The notes: generated by a model not told the origin, from the letters alone. Shown: positions 1 to 8,203, counted from the first letter of the stretch. The stretch is 34,214 bases of DNA from an uncultured Syntrophaceae bacterium (GCA_964556675.1 CAZKYN010000002.1:1-34214); one strand, 5' to 3'. Translations and numbers: made by a program.

Positions 1-545
1 CGGACGAGTTAATATCCGAGGCCCGGGCCGGCAAGGAACCCTTTTACACCACTCCCCAAGCGATCAAGGACGTTTTGGCCAAAGGCGGCTCCAGCGAAGA
101 CCCCGAAGCCAAAAGAAAAGGGGTGGAAGAGAAAATGTCAGGACCCCAAGAAAAATTCCCCGAGGCCATGGACGGAGATTTTAATTCGGCCCGGGCCATC
201 GGTTACCTGTTTGACGGCGTCCGGACGATAAACGCTTATATAGCGGAACAGAAATCAGCCGTAAACAGGACGGCCCTGGTCCGCGCCCGGGGGATCCTTA
301 CGGAACTGGGGTTCGTTTTCGGCCTTTTCCTCGACGATCCCGATGAGTATTTCCTCAAGGACCGCGACCGCGAGGCGCGCAAACTGGGAATAGATATCGC
401 GGAAGTGGAAAAACTTATCCAGGAAAGGAACCAGGCAAGGGCGTCCAAGGACTGGAAACGCGCCGATGAGATCCGCAACGCCCTGGTTGCCAGGAAAGTC
501 TCGATCAAGGATTCAGCCGCCGGCACGACCTGGAAAATAGAATAA
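1..545 (+). CDS. cysS: cysteine--tRNA ligase, C-terminal fragment (5' end outside window)
   Basis: Frame 3 is open from the window edge to TAA at 543-545. The translation shows CysRS C-terminal signatures (AMDGDFNSARAIGYLFD and KDWKRADEIRNALVARKVSIKDSAAGTTWKIE). The TTG at 75 in the ORF track is internal, not the true start. Confidence 0.85.
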   Translation, partial: DELISEARAGKEPFYTTPQAIKDVLAKGGSSEDPEAKRKGVEEKMSGPQEKFPEAMDGDFNSARAIGYLFDGVRTINAYIAEQKSAVNRTALVRARGILTELGFVFGLFLDDPDEYFLKDRDREARKLGIDIAEVEKLIQERNQARASKDWKRADEIRNALVARKVSIKDSAAGTTWKIE

Positions 546-833
546 ATGATCACGGGAGCATATCGGGAATCCAGGGCCTGCGTGGGTTGCGGCTACTGCT
601 GTATAAAAAACACCTGCACCTTCGGCCGCTACCGCCACCCGGATGCCGCAGGCAAAAGGTGCCCCGAGCTCCACTGGAACGGCAAAAGATATGTCTGCAC
701 GATGATGGACCTGCCGGGCATGGGGGATTTTTACCGCGACCAGCTCCAGGTTGGAGACGGCTGCGCCTCTTACATGAACCCCTGGAGGGATGAGATCCGG
801 GAAAGGGGAGAAACCGAATTACCGCCGGAATAA
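546..833 (+). CDS. small cysteine-rich protein with CxxCxxCC motif (YkgJ/UPF0153-like, putative Zn/Fe-chelating)
   Basis: Its ATG directly abuts the cysS stop (TAAATG). It has 9 Cys in 95 aa, including CVGCGYCC (C-x2-C-x2-CC), and is followed by a strong hairpin terminator. Confidence 0.6.
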   Translation: MITGAYRESRACVGCGYCCIKNTCTFGRYRHPDAAGKRCPELHWNGKRYVCTMMDLPGMGDFYRDQLQVGDGCASYMNPWRDEIRERGETELPPE

Positions 834-869
834 AAAAGCGGATTTCAGTTTGAAATCCGCTTTGTCTTG
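833..869. terminator. bidirectional rho-independent terminator between convergent genes
   Basis: Perfect 10-bp stem GCGGATTTCA (838-847) / TGAAATCCGC (851-860) with loop GTT. An A-run lies upstream and a T-rich tract downstream. It sits between the stops of the plus-strand ORF (833) and etfA (871). Confidence 0.75.
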
Positions 870-870
870 T

Positions 871-1824
871 TTAGCCCTTTAATTCCTTGATCATCTTCGG
901 CAGAACGTCATACAGATCGCCGACAATACCCGTATCGGCCACGCTAAAAATGGGTGCGTTCTCGTCCTTGTTGATCGCGGCTATAGTCCGCGAGTTGCGG
1001 ATGCCCGTAACATGCTGGATCTGTCCGGAAATGCCTATGCCTACGTAGAGGTCCGGTTTCACCTGGACGCCGGAAAGACCGATGCACAGCTCTTCCGGAA
1101 GCCATTTCATTTCCTCGGAAATCGGCCTCGTGCAGGCCAACTCGCCGCCGAGCAGGCCGGCAAGTTCCCTGGCCATCGCGAGGTCTTCCTGCTTTTCAAA
1201 CCCCCGACCTACGGCAACTATGACCCGGGATTCAGTAATACTGCGGGCGGCCTTCTCCTTCGCTTTCTTTTCCACTATCCTGACCGCGGATGCAGCCGGG
1301 CCGGCAATTTGACTAATTGAACCCTGGCGTCCCGGCGCGGCCTGAGCGGGATTGAATGTGCCCGGCATGATCGTTGCCATTACGGGCCGGCATTCGCAGA
1401 CTACTGTCTGAACTGCCGCGCCCCCGTAAGCAAGGCGCTCCATCACGACATCCTGTCCCTCCAGTTTCAAACCGATGCAATTACTGCACAGGCCCGTTGA
1501 CAGCCGATTGGCGACATGCGCGGCAAAATCCCTGCAGGCGGAAGTCGCCGGGAGCAGGAAAACATCCGGATCGCTTTTCCCGGCAGCTTCGGATACTGCC
1601 GCGACATACGAGTCGAGTGCCTGGTCTGCGGCAAGAGGCGACAGGAACATGATCTCGTCGGCGCCGCAGTCCAGCAACTCCTGTCCGGCGCCCATAGAAC
1701 CCAGGCTGTCCTTGAAGACCAGGGCGGATACTTTTGTGTTCAAGCCATCTGCCAAGGCGCGAGCTATGGACAGCAGCTCGAGCGCCTGACCCCTGTTTTC
1801 CGCAAATATCCAGATACCGGCCAT
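871..1824 (-). CDS. etfA: electron transfer flavoprotein alpha subunit (FixB/YdiR-like)
   Basis: 317 aa with the typical EtfA C-terminal FAD-binding region (VIVAVGRG..., PELCIGLSGVQVKPDLYVGIGISGQIQHVTG). It starts 4 nt after the etfB stop. Confidence 0.95.
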   Translation of the reverse strand: MAGIWIFAENRGQALELLSIARALADGLNTKVSALVFKDSLGSMGAGQELLDCGADEIMFLSPLAADQALDSYVAAVSEAAGKSDPDVFLLPATSACRDFAAHVANRLSTGLCSNCIGLKLEGQDVVMERLAYGGAAVQTVVCECRPVMATIMPGTFNPAQAAPGRQGSISQIAGPAASAVRIVEKKAKEKAARSITESRVIVAVGRGFEKQEDLAMARELAGLLGGELACTRPISEEMKWLPEELCIGLSGVQVKPDLYVGIGISGQIQHVTGIRNSRTIAAINKDENAPIFSVADTGIVGDLYDVLPKMIKELKG

Positions 1825-1828
1825 TTTT

Positions 1829-2590
1829 CTATCCTTGAATGCTCTTGCGCAACACGTTTACGAAATCCTTTATGCCCGCTTCATCGCCGCCGAGCTTGAC
1901 GCAATTCCTTTCCGTCCCGGCGGCAGCCATCCCGGTCACCCGTAATTTTACGTCCGCCGGAGGCCCGAGTTGTGCAGGGTCAATATTGATAACAGTTTTC
2001 CTGGCGGCCATTAGAGTGTCCTTGACGCCGGGAATACGTGGAGTATTTATTTCCGGCAACACCGTGACCAGCGCCGGCAGGGGCGCCTCGACGATTTCAG
2101 TAACATCTTCAGTTTTGCGTTCCGCGATTACTTTACCGTCCTTTATCTCCAATTTCTGGACGAACGAGATGCAGGGGATTCCCAGCGAATCGGCGAGCCG
2201 CGGGCCCACCTGCTGGGCATACAAGTCGCTGGAGCCCTCCCCGCAGAGAATGAGGTTATATTCCAGCTTCGACTTGATTGCTTTTGCCAGAACAGAAGCT
2301 GTCTGTGAGGGTTCCAGGCTCCGGAATGACGCGTCCGCGGCGAAACACGCCTGGTCGCAGCCGCGCGAAAGGGCATCCTTGACTCCCTTGGAGGATTCGG
2401 GTGCGCCCGCTGTCAATGCGGTTACTTTTCCGCCGTAGGCCTCCTTGAGCCGGACCGCCTCCTCGATTGCATTACGGTCATATTCGCCGATCTTGTAATC
2501 GACCGTCGAGAAATCCAAGCCCCCGGAAGGAGTCTTCCGTATATAGGCTTCGTCAATCACCCATTTATAGCAGGCTATAATGTTAAGCAT
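1829..2590 (-). CDS. etfB: electron transfer flavoprotein beta subunit (FixA/YdiQ-like)
   Basis: 253 aa. N-terminus is MLNIIACYKWVIDEAYI...DFSTVDYKIGEYDRNAIEEAVRLKE, the EtfB fold of the FixA/YdiQ flavour. A G-rich SD (GGGGAGAGGGGG) lies upstream. Confidence 0.95.
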   Translation of the reverse strand: MLNIIACYKWVIDEAYIRKTPSGGLDFSTVDYKIGEYDRNAIEEAVRLKEAYGGKVTALTAGAPESSKGVKDALSRGCDQACFAADASFRSLEPSQTASVLAKAIKSKLEYNLILCGEGSSDLYAQQVGPRLADSLGIPCISFVQKLEIKDGKVIAERKTEDVTEIVEAPLPALVTVLPEINTPRIPGVKDTLMAARKTVINIDPAQLGPPADVKLRVTGMAAAGTERNCVKLGGDEAGIKDFVNVLRKSIQG

Positions 2591-2735
2591 GTATTCCCCC
2601 TCTCCCCGCCCCTCTCCCGATTCCGTTGAACGATAGAGAGGTCAGGAAAAGTCAATTACAACGAGGCGGCCATCCTGTATTTGGGAGTGACCGCCTCGAA
2701 AATCACAGAGTTCGTGCCGACAAGCTCAAAGAAGC

Positions 2736-3875
2736 TTAACGCAAAACGTTTCCGGAGATGACCAATCGCTGCGCTTCCGATGTCCCTTCGTAAATCTCGG
2801 TGATCTTCGCGTCCCGCATCAGACGTTCGACCTTCTGGCCCTTTATGTATCCATAACCGCCGTGGATCTGGACGGCCTTCACCGTGTGCTCCATGGCCGC
2901 TTCCGCCCCGAAGAGCTTTGCCATCGACGCCTCTTTCGAGAATGGTTTTTTCTGGTCCTTGAGCCACGCCGCATAATAGGTCAGGAAGCGGGCCGCCGCA
3001 AGGTCAGTCGCCATATTGGCTATCATCCAGGAGATTGCTTCCTGCCTCGCTATGGGCTGGCCGAACTGAACGCGCTCCTTTGAATACTTGATCGACTCGT
3101 CCAGAGCCGCCTGGAGGATTCCCACACACTGCGCGGCAATGCCGACACGGCCATGGTCAAAACCCGTCATCGCTATTGCCAGTCCCTGTCCCGGCTGTCC
3201 GATCACATTTTCCTTCGGGACTCGGCAGTCCTTGAAAACCACCTCGGAAGTCTGGGATGAGCGAAGCCCCATTTTCTTGAAGTGTTCACCAGGTTTCAAT
3301 CCCGGCGTGCCCTTGGGGACAATGAAACAGCTCATCCCCTTGCCGCGGGCGGCCTTATCGGTCCAGGCGAAAACAATATATGTATCGCCGGTCGGCCCGT
3401 TGGAGATGAAAGTCTTGGTCCCGTTAAGGACATAATCGTTCCCGTCCAGGACGGCTGTAGTGGATGCGGACATGACGTCCGTGCCGGCGCCCGGCTCGGT
3501 GAGGACAAAGGCTCCGAGGTGCTCGCCCTTGGCAAGCGGCGTAAGGTATTTCTTTTTCTGCTCTTCCGTTCCAAAAAGATTAAGGAGCATGCACGCGATC
3601 CCGACATGGATGGATACAGTGAATCCGGTTGACGCGCAGGAGCGCGACAGTTCCTCGACAACTATGGCGTTGGTAAGATAGTCGGCCCCGGAGCCCCCGT
3701 ATTCGGTGGGGATCGGGATTCCCATCCAGCCGCCCTCGCCGAGTTTCTTGAACAACTCGGCCGGGTGTCTGCTGTTCTCATCAATCTCCGCCGCGATTGG
3801 GTCTACATTCTTTGCCGCGAATTCCCTGATGTTCTTGCGAATCAGTTCCTGTTCTTCAGTCAATGCAAAATTCAT
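2736..3875 (-). CDS. acyl-CoA dehydrogenase (short/medium-chain, butyryl-CoA dehydrogenase-like)
   Basis: 379 aa full-length ACAD architecture (LTEEQ...; GAFVLTEPGAGTD; FISNG; C-terminal IYEGTSEAQRLVI with catalytic Glu context). Confidence 0.95.
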   Translation of the reverse strand: MNFALTEEQELIRKNIREFAAKNVDPIAAEIDENSRHPAELFKKLGEGGWMGIPIPTEYGGSGADYLTNAIVVEELSRSCASTGFTVSIHVGIACMLLNLFGTEEQKKKYLTPLAKGEHLGAFVLTEPGAGTDVMSASTTAVLDGNDYVLNGTKTFISNGPTGDTYIVFAWTDKAARGKGMSCFIVPKGTPGLKPGEHFKKMGLRSSQTSEVVFKDCRVPKENVIGQPGQGLAIAMTGFDHGRVGIAAQCVGILQAALDESIKYSKERVQFGQPIARQEAISWMIANMATDLAAARFLTYYAAWLKDQKKPFSKEASMAKLFGAEAAMEHTVKAVQIHGGYGYIKGQKVERLMRDAKITEIYEGTSEAQRLVISGNVLR

Positions 3876-3938
3876 GATTCCCCTCCTTGAGTTTTTTCAG
3901 GAAAATATCTCCAATTGAAATTCTATCACTTTTATAAA

Positions 3939-4223
3939 TCAACCGAAACGGAACTGCACACCGGTCCCGCCTTCGGGATAATTCCAAACCAGGACATCCG
4001 CGCCGCATGCGATCAGGCACGTCCCGCACTCAACGCAGCCGTCGATGTTGAGTGTAACTTCCCCGCTTTCATTACGGCTGTAACAGCCTGCCGGGCAGAT
4101 CCTCACTGCGGGCTGCAGGCGCGGGTCTTTCTCCATGCCGGGCCTGATCCTGATATGCGCCTCTTTGCCCGGCTTGAAAACGTTGGTCCCCAGTTTGAGT
4201 GTCAATGCCGCTTTGTCGCTCAT
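3939..4223 (-). CDS. fixX: ferredoxin-like protein FixX
   Basis: Contains CPAGCY...IDGCVECGTCLIACG...WNYPEGGTGVQFRFG, the classic FixX/YdiT pattern. Start chosen at ATG 4223, which overlaps the fixC stop as ATGA (ATG 4223-4221, TGA 4222-4220). The track start at 4241 is probably too long. Confidence 0.9.
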   Translation of the reverse strand: MSDKAALTLKLGTNVFKPGKEAHIRIRPGMEKDPRLQPAVRICPAGCYSRNESGEVTLNIDGCVECGTCLIACGADVLVWNYPEGGTGVQFRFG

Positions 4224-5500
4224 ATCTTTCTGAATCCCCACAGGTCTTTAAGAATGGACCACATATCCCCGGCGGTCAGGTGTTTCTTTAAAGCGGGGAA
4301 AATATTTTCCTTAGGCCCGGCCGGGACCGTGTAAATGTCCCGCAGCATTGAACCCAGCAGTTCGGGATAATAGTTGAAAAGGCGTGGGTTTTCCAGCACG
4401 TGCGGCGCATAGCGGAAATTCCGGAAGTCCTTCAGGACAAAACTGCTATCCAGGAGGTCCTGATACGACTTCAGCGACTCGGCATCGAACCTGCCGGCCT
4501 CCCTGGCGCTTAGAAATGCCTTTGCTGCGAAGTATCCCGATGCCAGCGCGTATTCCATGCCGCGCACTGTGAAGCCGCTGTTAAGGGCGAATCCTGCGGA
4601 ATCGCCGGCCGCCATTATTCCGTTGCCGTACAATTTATTAAGGCCGTCATACCCCCCCTCGGGGATGACGTGGGCGGAATACTCGAGCAGAGCGCCGCCT
4701 TCTATAAGGCAGGCGATTTCCGGACGGCTCTTGAATTTGTCGAGCAGATCGGGCACATCGATATCGCTGTATTCAACCGCGTCCCTGATGCCGATCACGA
4801 GGCCGACGCTGATGCTTTCCCTGTTTGTGTAAAGGAAACCGCCCCCAAACCTTCCCGAGGTCACTTCGCCGATGAACAGGCGCGCTGCGCCTTCCGTCCC
4901 GCTGATGCCGAAGCGCGAATTTATGGCCGCAGGTTCCAGCGCAATCACCTCTTTAAGCCCCACCGCATAATCCTGCGCTTTTGGAGGGCCGCTCAGTCCC
5001 GCTTTCCCCGGGATGATCGAAAGCACGCCATCGCACGCGATTACGGCATCGCTGCGCAGTTCGTCGCCTCCCGCCAGGACGCCGCAAACCTTTCCATTTT
5101 CCATTATAAGGTCGTCGACCTTTGATTTTGTCAGCAGCATGGCTCCCCTGGCCTCCGCCTGCTCGGAAAACCACCGGCCGAATTTCGACCGGATTATGCT
5201 GTAGCTTTGGCGGGAAGTGCGGATATCGGCGCCGGTATAATCGATGGAGATGGAATCTTTTGCAGACATAACCGAGACACCCTCGCGGACGATTTGCCTC
5301 TCGAGGGGGGCCGTTTCCCAGAGCCCGGGAAAGAGGGCTCGGACGGGATTCAGGTATATCCTGCCGCCGGTCACGTTTTTTGAGCCGGGATAATCCCCGC
5401 GCTCCAGGACCAGGACCTCAACCCCCGCCGATGCCAGGGTGTAAGCAGCCGCTATGCCGGCCAGCCCGGCCCCGATTATAATCGCATCGAATTTCTCCAT
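4220..5500 (-). CDS. fixC: electron transfer flavoprotein-quinone oxidoreductase FixC
   Basis: Starts MEKFDAIIIGAGLAGIAAAYTLA (Rossmann FAD GxGxxG) and shows FixC/YdiS-like features throughout. Start set at ATG 5500 (SD AAGGGG upstream) rather than the 21-codon-longer ORF start at 5563. Confidence 0.93.
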   Translation of the reverse strand: MEKFDAIIIGAGLAGIAAAYTLASAGVEVLVLERGDYPGSKNVTGGRIYLNPVRALFPGLWETAPLERQIVREGVSVMSAKDSISIDYTGADIRTSRQSYSIIRSKFGRWFSEQAEARGAMLLTKSKVDDLIMENGKVCGVLAGGDELRSDAVIACDGVLSIIPGKAGLSGPPKAQDYAVGLKEVIALEPAAINSRFGISGTEGAARLFIGEVTSGRFGGGFLYTNRESISVGLVIGIRDAVEYSDIDVPDLLDKFKSRPEIACLIEGGALLEYSAHVIPEGGYDGLNKLYGNGIMAAGDSAGFALNSGFTVRGMEYALASGYFAAKAFLSAREAGRFDAESLKSYQDLLDSSFVLKDFRNFRYAPHVLENPRLFNYYPELLGSMLRDIYTVPAGPKENIFPALKKHLTAGDMWSILKDLWGFRKI

Positions 5501-5644
5501 TGCGGCCCCTTTTTTTTGTGACCCGAAAGAAATACAATTTTTCCGTGCTAAGCACAACAACAAATCGCCTTAAGCTCCTTGATCTTTGCCGGTTGACAAG
5601 ATTCGCCGGGCACGGTCAGGTCCCGGTAAGCAGAAATCCTGCGA

Positions 5645-6186
5645 ATGATTAAAGTCCGGCCGAAAGGGTTCTATGGACGATACGAAAAGCTTCGTGAAAA
5701 TCTGGACGCGCACCCTTCGGGGGATCCAAAATCAGCTCACTTCAGGGAAATTTTACAGATACTTTTCACTCCGGAAGAAGCGGCGCCGGCCCTTCATCTG
5801 AATTTTTCGCCCAAACCGCTCGACCGGATTGCGGACTCCGCAATAATGAGCCGGGATGAGGCGAAAAGCTCCTGGAGTCCATGGCGGACAGGCCATAATT
5901 TCAGCATCTCCAAGGGCGGACAGAAGAGTTTTGCGAAAGAGATAAATCGGGACGAGGCTCGCGCTGTGCTTGATAATCAGAAGAAGCCGGCCTGGTGCAT
6001 ACAAGCAGCAACAGCGCGGACCGTCCCATGTTCATCTGCAATTGCTGCAAGTGCTGCTGCACTTTGCGCGAAAAGGGGAAGCTGGAGAAATTTCTGAAAC
6101 TGGCCCAATCCAGAGTTCAGGGTTCGGGCTCTCTTAGAATTGCATTGGGGTTGACGAGCGGGTCCTGCGAGCATTTTCGGCAGTAA
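5645..6186 (+). pseudogene. decayed remnant of a 4Fe-4S cluster protein gene (family with N-terminal LFTPEEA region and NCCxCCC motif)
   Basis: Family-like segments are spread over three reading frames. These are ILQILFTPEEAAPALHL...SRDEA (frame of 5645), EKLLESMADRP-stop (another frame near 5850-5885), and SEEAGLVHTSSNSADRPMFICNCCKCCCTL (frame of 5995, preceded by TAA). No downstream CxxCxxCxxxCP ferredoxin motifs remain, and the 3' end is overlapped by a minus-strand ORF. Confidence 0.6.
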
Positions 6187-6329
6187 TAAACCGGCCAGAC
6201 AGTTCCGCAGCCCGAGCCGATCAACTCGAACCGGGAGCAGGTTTCGCAAACAGATTTCCCGCAGCCGATGCAAACGGTAAACTTCTTCCGGCTGCTGCAA
6301 TCCACGCAGATTTCCTCTGTTTCAGCCAT
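6117..6329 (-). CDS. small zinc-ribbon-like cysteine-rich protein, unknown function
   Basis: 70 aa with four CxxC-type pairs (CVDC, CIGC, CETC, CRKC). The SD is weak or distant (AGGTGA about 16 nt upstream). It is co-directional with the two upstream genes. Confidence 0.45.
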   Translation of the reverse strand: MAETEEICVDCSSRKKFTVCIGCGKSVCETCSRFELIGSGCGTVWPVYYCRKCSQDPLVNPNAILREPEP

Positions 6330-6360
6330 GGAGGTAAGCTAGCATCACCTGAAAATTTGA

Positions 6361-6549
6361 TCAAGTCAGAAAGGGTTCCGGATCCAGTTCGCCCTGCTTC
6401 CACATTGTCTCGCCGCTTGTAGTGACGACCTCCCACCACATCCCGTAATAATCGCTCATCCAGTGCCCGGTTGAAAAACCCTCGTCCTGCATCGCTCCCC
6501 TCTTTGACTCATCAATTCCGGAATGCAGCGTGGTTCCCGTGCAGCACAT
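6361..6549 (-). CDS. small hypothetical protein (Trp/Gly-rich)
   Basis: 62 aa ORF preceded by a strong SD (AGAGGGGGAAATA-ATG). I recognise no family. Confidence 0.5.
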   Translation of the reverse strand: MCCTGTTLHSGIDESKRGAMQDEGFSTGHWMSDYYGMWWEVVTTSGETMWKQGELDPEPFLT

Positions 6550-6713
6550 TATTTCCCCCTCTTTCTTACTTCAAAATCCAAGTCCATTCTCGCGAATCGG
6601 CCCGAATAGGGCCATAGGGTTCAGCCCCAAAAAGTAAATTCATAATCCTGAAATAAATGGTTCAAGAGGGGAAGATTGCGGGAAAATTTTTGATTAGATG
6701 AAAGAAGGCTGCC

Positions 6714-7379
6714 TTAACCGGGCCTATTACGGGCCATAGCTTTGAGCTTGTCCAGCTTTGAATCTTTTTCATGCCTCGCTATGTAAAATTCTTCAAAAAG
6801 CGTCTCCATAAGCCAGATAAGCAATGATGCCTCATCAGGCTGGACATCGATCAGAAGGTTTACATCCTGGTTCAAATACGAATTTATGCTTCCGAACTGA
6901 CGCGCTATGTCAATGGCCTGCCATGCAGTATTATCCATTTTCCCTCTCAGCGACTTGATTTCGTCGGCAAGACTTGGACCGCTCACGCCGAAAAAATCTC
7001 TCAATATCCCCTGGATGCACTTACGGCTGATAACCGCCGAGGCCCTGGGGCTTTTTGATTTCAGCAGACAGGATTCATGGTATTCCCGGCGCAGCTTTTC
7101 AGGAATATAGTCCGGGAAAGTTTTCGCCTCCGATTCGGGCAGAAGCTGCCAGGAAAAAATGGTGTGCATCTCCTGGGCACGATTGTTCAACTGGACTATC
7201 CGCAGGGAGATTGTCCTCTGCCTGCACAGCTCATTAGGGCAGACGATTATGGTGGTTATGCTCCGGTACTGGCCGTATTCAGGCGAGATCCACGTCGAAC
7301 CGGAAAGCACGCGGACATCGTTCTCGGTAATTGTACAGGGTCTGCTGCAGTAGGAGCAGGTCCAGTTCTTCCCGGCCAT
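6714..7379 (-). CDS. DUF4145-like protein with N-terminal zinc ribbon
   Basis: 221 aa with strong SD (AAGGAGAAAGAAC-ATG). N-terminal CSYC...CPNELC zinc ribbon. The C-terminal half follows the DUF4145 pattern as I recall it (EYHESCLL...PRASAVISRKCIQGIL...LADEIKSL...AIDIARQFG...DVNLLIDVQPDEASLLIWLMETLFEEFYI). GC is lower than in the flanks. Confidence 0.7.
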   Translation of the reverse strand: MAGKNWTCSYCSRPCTITENDVRVLSGSTWISPEYGQYRSITTIIVCPNELCRQRTISLRIVQLNNRAQEMHTIFSWQLLPESEAKTFPDYIPEKLRREYHESCLLKSKSPRASAVISRKCIQGILRDFFGVSGPSLADEIKSLRGKMDNTAWQAIDIARQFGSINSYLNQDVNLLIDVQPDEASLLIWLMETLFEEFYIARHEKDSKLDKLKAMARNRPG

Positions 7380-7529
7380 GTTCTTTCTCCTTGAATCAGC
7401 TTCCTTCTGGACATGTTATCGGCACAATTCAGTTAATTCTTGAACCGCCCGGAATTTTTCCGGTTGTATTTTGACGGCTGACATGCAACAACAAACCATC
7501 CCTTGTAAAAAGCGAAAGGAGCTGAAGAA

Positions 7530-8132
7530 ATGAGAAAGATACTTGCGTTCGGAATCATATTGGTATTCATGTTGGCCTTTGCATCTATCGGATTTGCCCA
7601 GAAGGGCGGCGCCGCCAAGCCGAGCGATACGGAGAAGCCGGGCCTGATAAACGTAAACATCGTGAAAATAAAGGCGGTAGTGGCTGATATTGATAAGGAG
7701 AGCCGGCTCATAACCCTGAAAGGGCCGAAGGGAAACCTGTTTATAACCAAGGCAGGCGACGAGGTCAGGAATTTTGATCAGATCGAGAAAGGCGACGAGG
7801 TTAACGTCCGATATTTTGAGTCGGTCGCCATCCTGGTCGGCAAGGGTAAAGGAGAGCAGCCCCAGGAAGGTTCAATGGATGTTGTCGAGGTGGCCCCGAA
7901 AGGCGCCAAGCCCGCCGGAACAATGGTCAGTGTCCAGGACCTCACGGCCGTTGTGCAGAAAATAGATTATAAAAAGAGGACCATCACCCTGAAAGGTCCT
8001 GAGGGCAATGTGGTGACTTTCAAGGTTGATCCATCAGTAAAAGATTTAAAGAAGGTCAAGAAAGGCGATGAAATCGATATTCGCCATACGGAAACGCTGG
8101 CTATCTCTGTCGATAAACCAGGAACCAAGTAG
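7530..8132 (+). CDS. secreted protein made of two tandem homologous domains, unknown function
   Basis: SD AAAGGAG 7 nt upstream. Signal peptide MRKILAFGIILVFMLAFASIGFAQ. Two clearly related ~65-aa repeats (AVVADIDKESRLITLKGPKGN...KGDEVNVRYFESVAILV and AVVQKIDYKKRTITLKGPEGN...KGDEIDIRHTETLAISV). Confidence 0.8.
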   Translation: MRKILAFGIILVFMLAFASIGFAQKGGAAKPSDTEKPGLINVNIVKIKAVVADIDKESRLITLKGPKGNLFITKAGDEVRNFDQIEKGDEVNVRYFESVAILVGKGKGEQPQEGSMDVVEVAPKGAKPAGTMVSVQDLTAVVQKIDYKKRTITLKGPEGNVVTFKVDPSVKDLKKVKKGDEIDIRHTETLAISVDKPGTK

Positions 8133-8152
8133 GCGATTACACAAGCGAACTT

Positions 8153-8190
8153 AAAAAAGGGATTTGCCGTCGGGCAAATCCCTTTTTGCT
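8153..8190. terminator. bidirectional rho-independent terminator
   Basis: Perfect 10-bp stem GGGATTTGCC (8159-8168) / GGCAAATCCC (8173-8182) with loop GTCG. It is flanked by A6 upstream and T5 downstream, between convergent stops at 8132 and 8204. Confidence 0.8.
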
Positions 8191-8203
8191 TTATCGTAAA
8201 TAT

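Noticed and set aside
2656-2967. 103-aa minus-strand ORF overlapping the 3' end of the acyl-CoA dehydrogenase gene in another frame
   Set aside because: It is out of frame and overlaps a well-supported gene. Its composition is low-complexity Gly/Arg-rich.
5614-5633. GGTCAGGTCCCGGTAAGCAG resembling the conserved SRP (4.5S) RNA domain IV sequence GGUCAGGUCCGGAAGGAAGCAG
   Set aside because: The GGAA tetraloop and symmetric-loop residues are not preserved, and the flanks do not fold into the long SRP helix. This is most likely chance similarity in the pseudogene upstream region.
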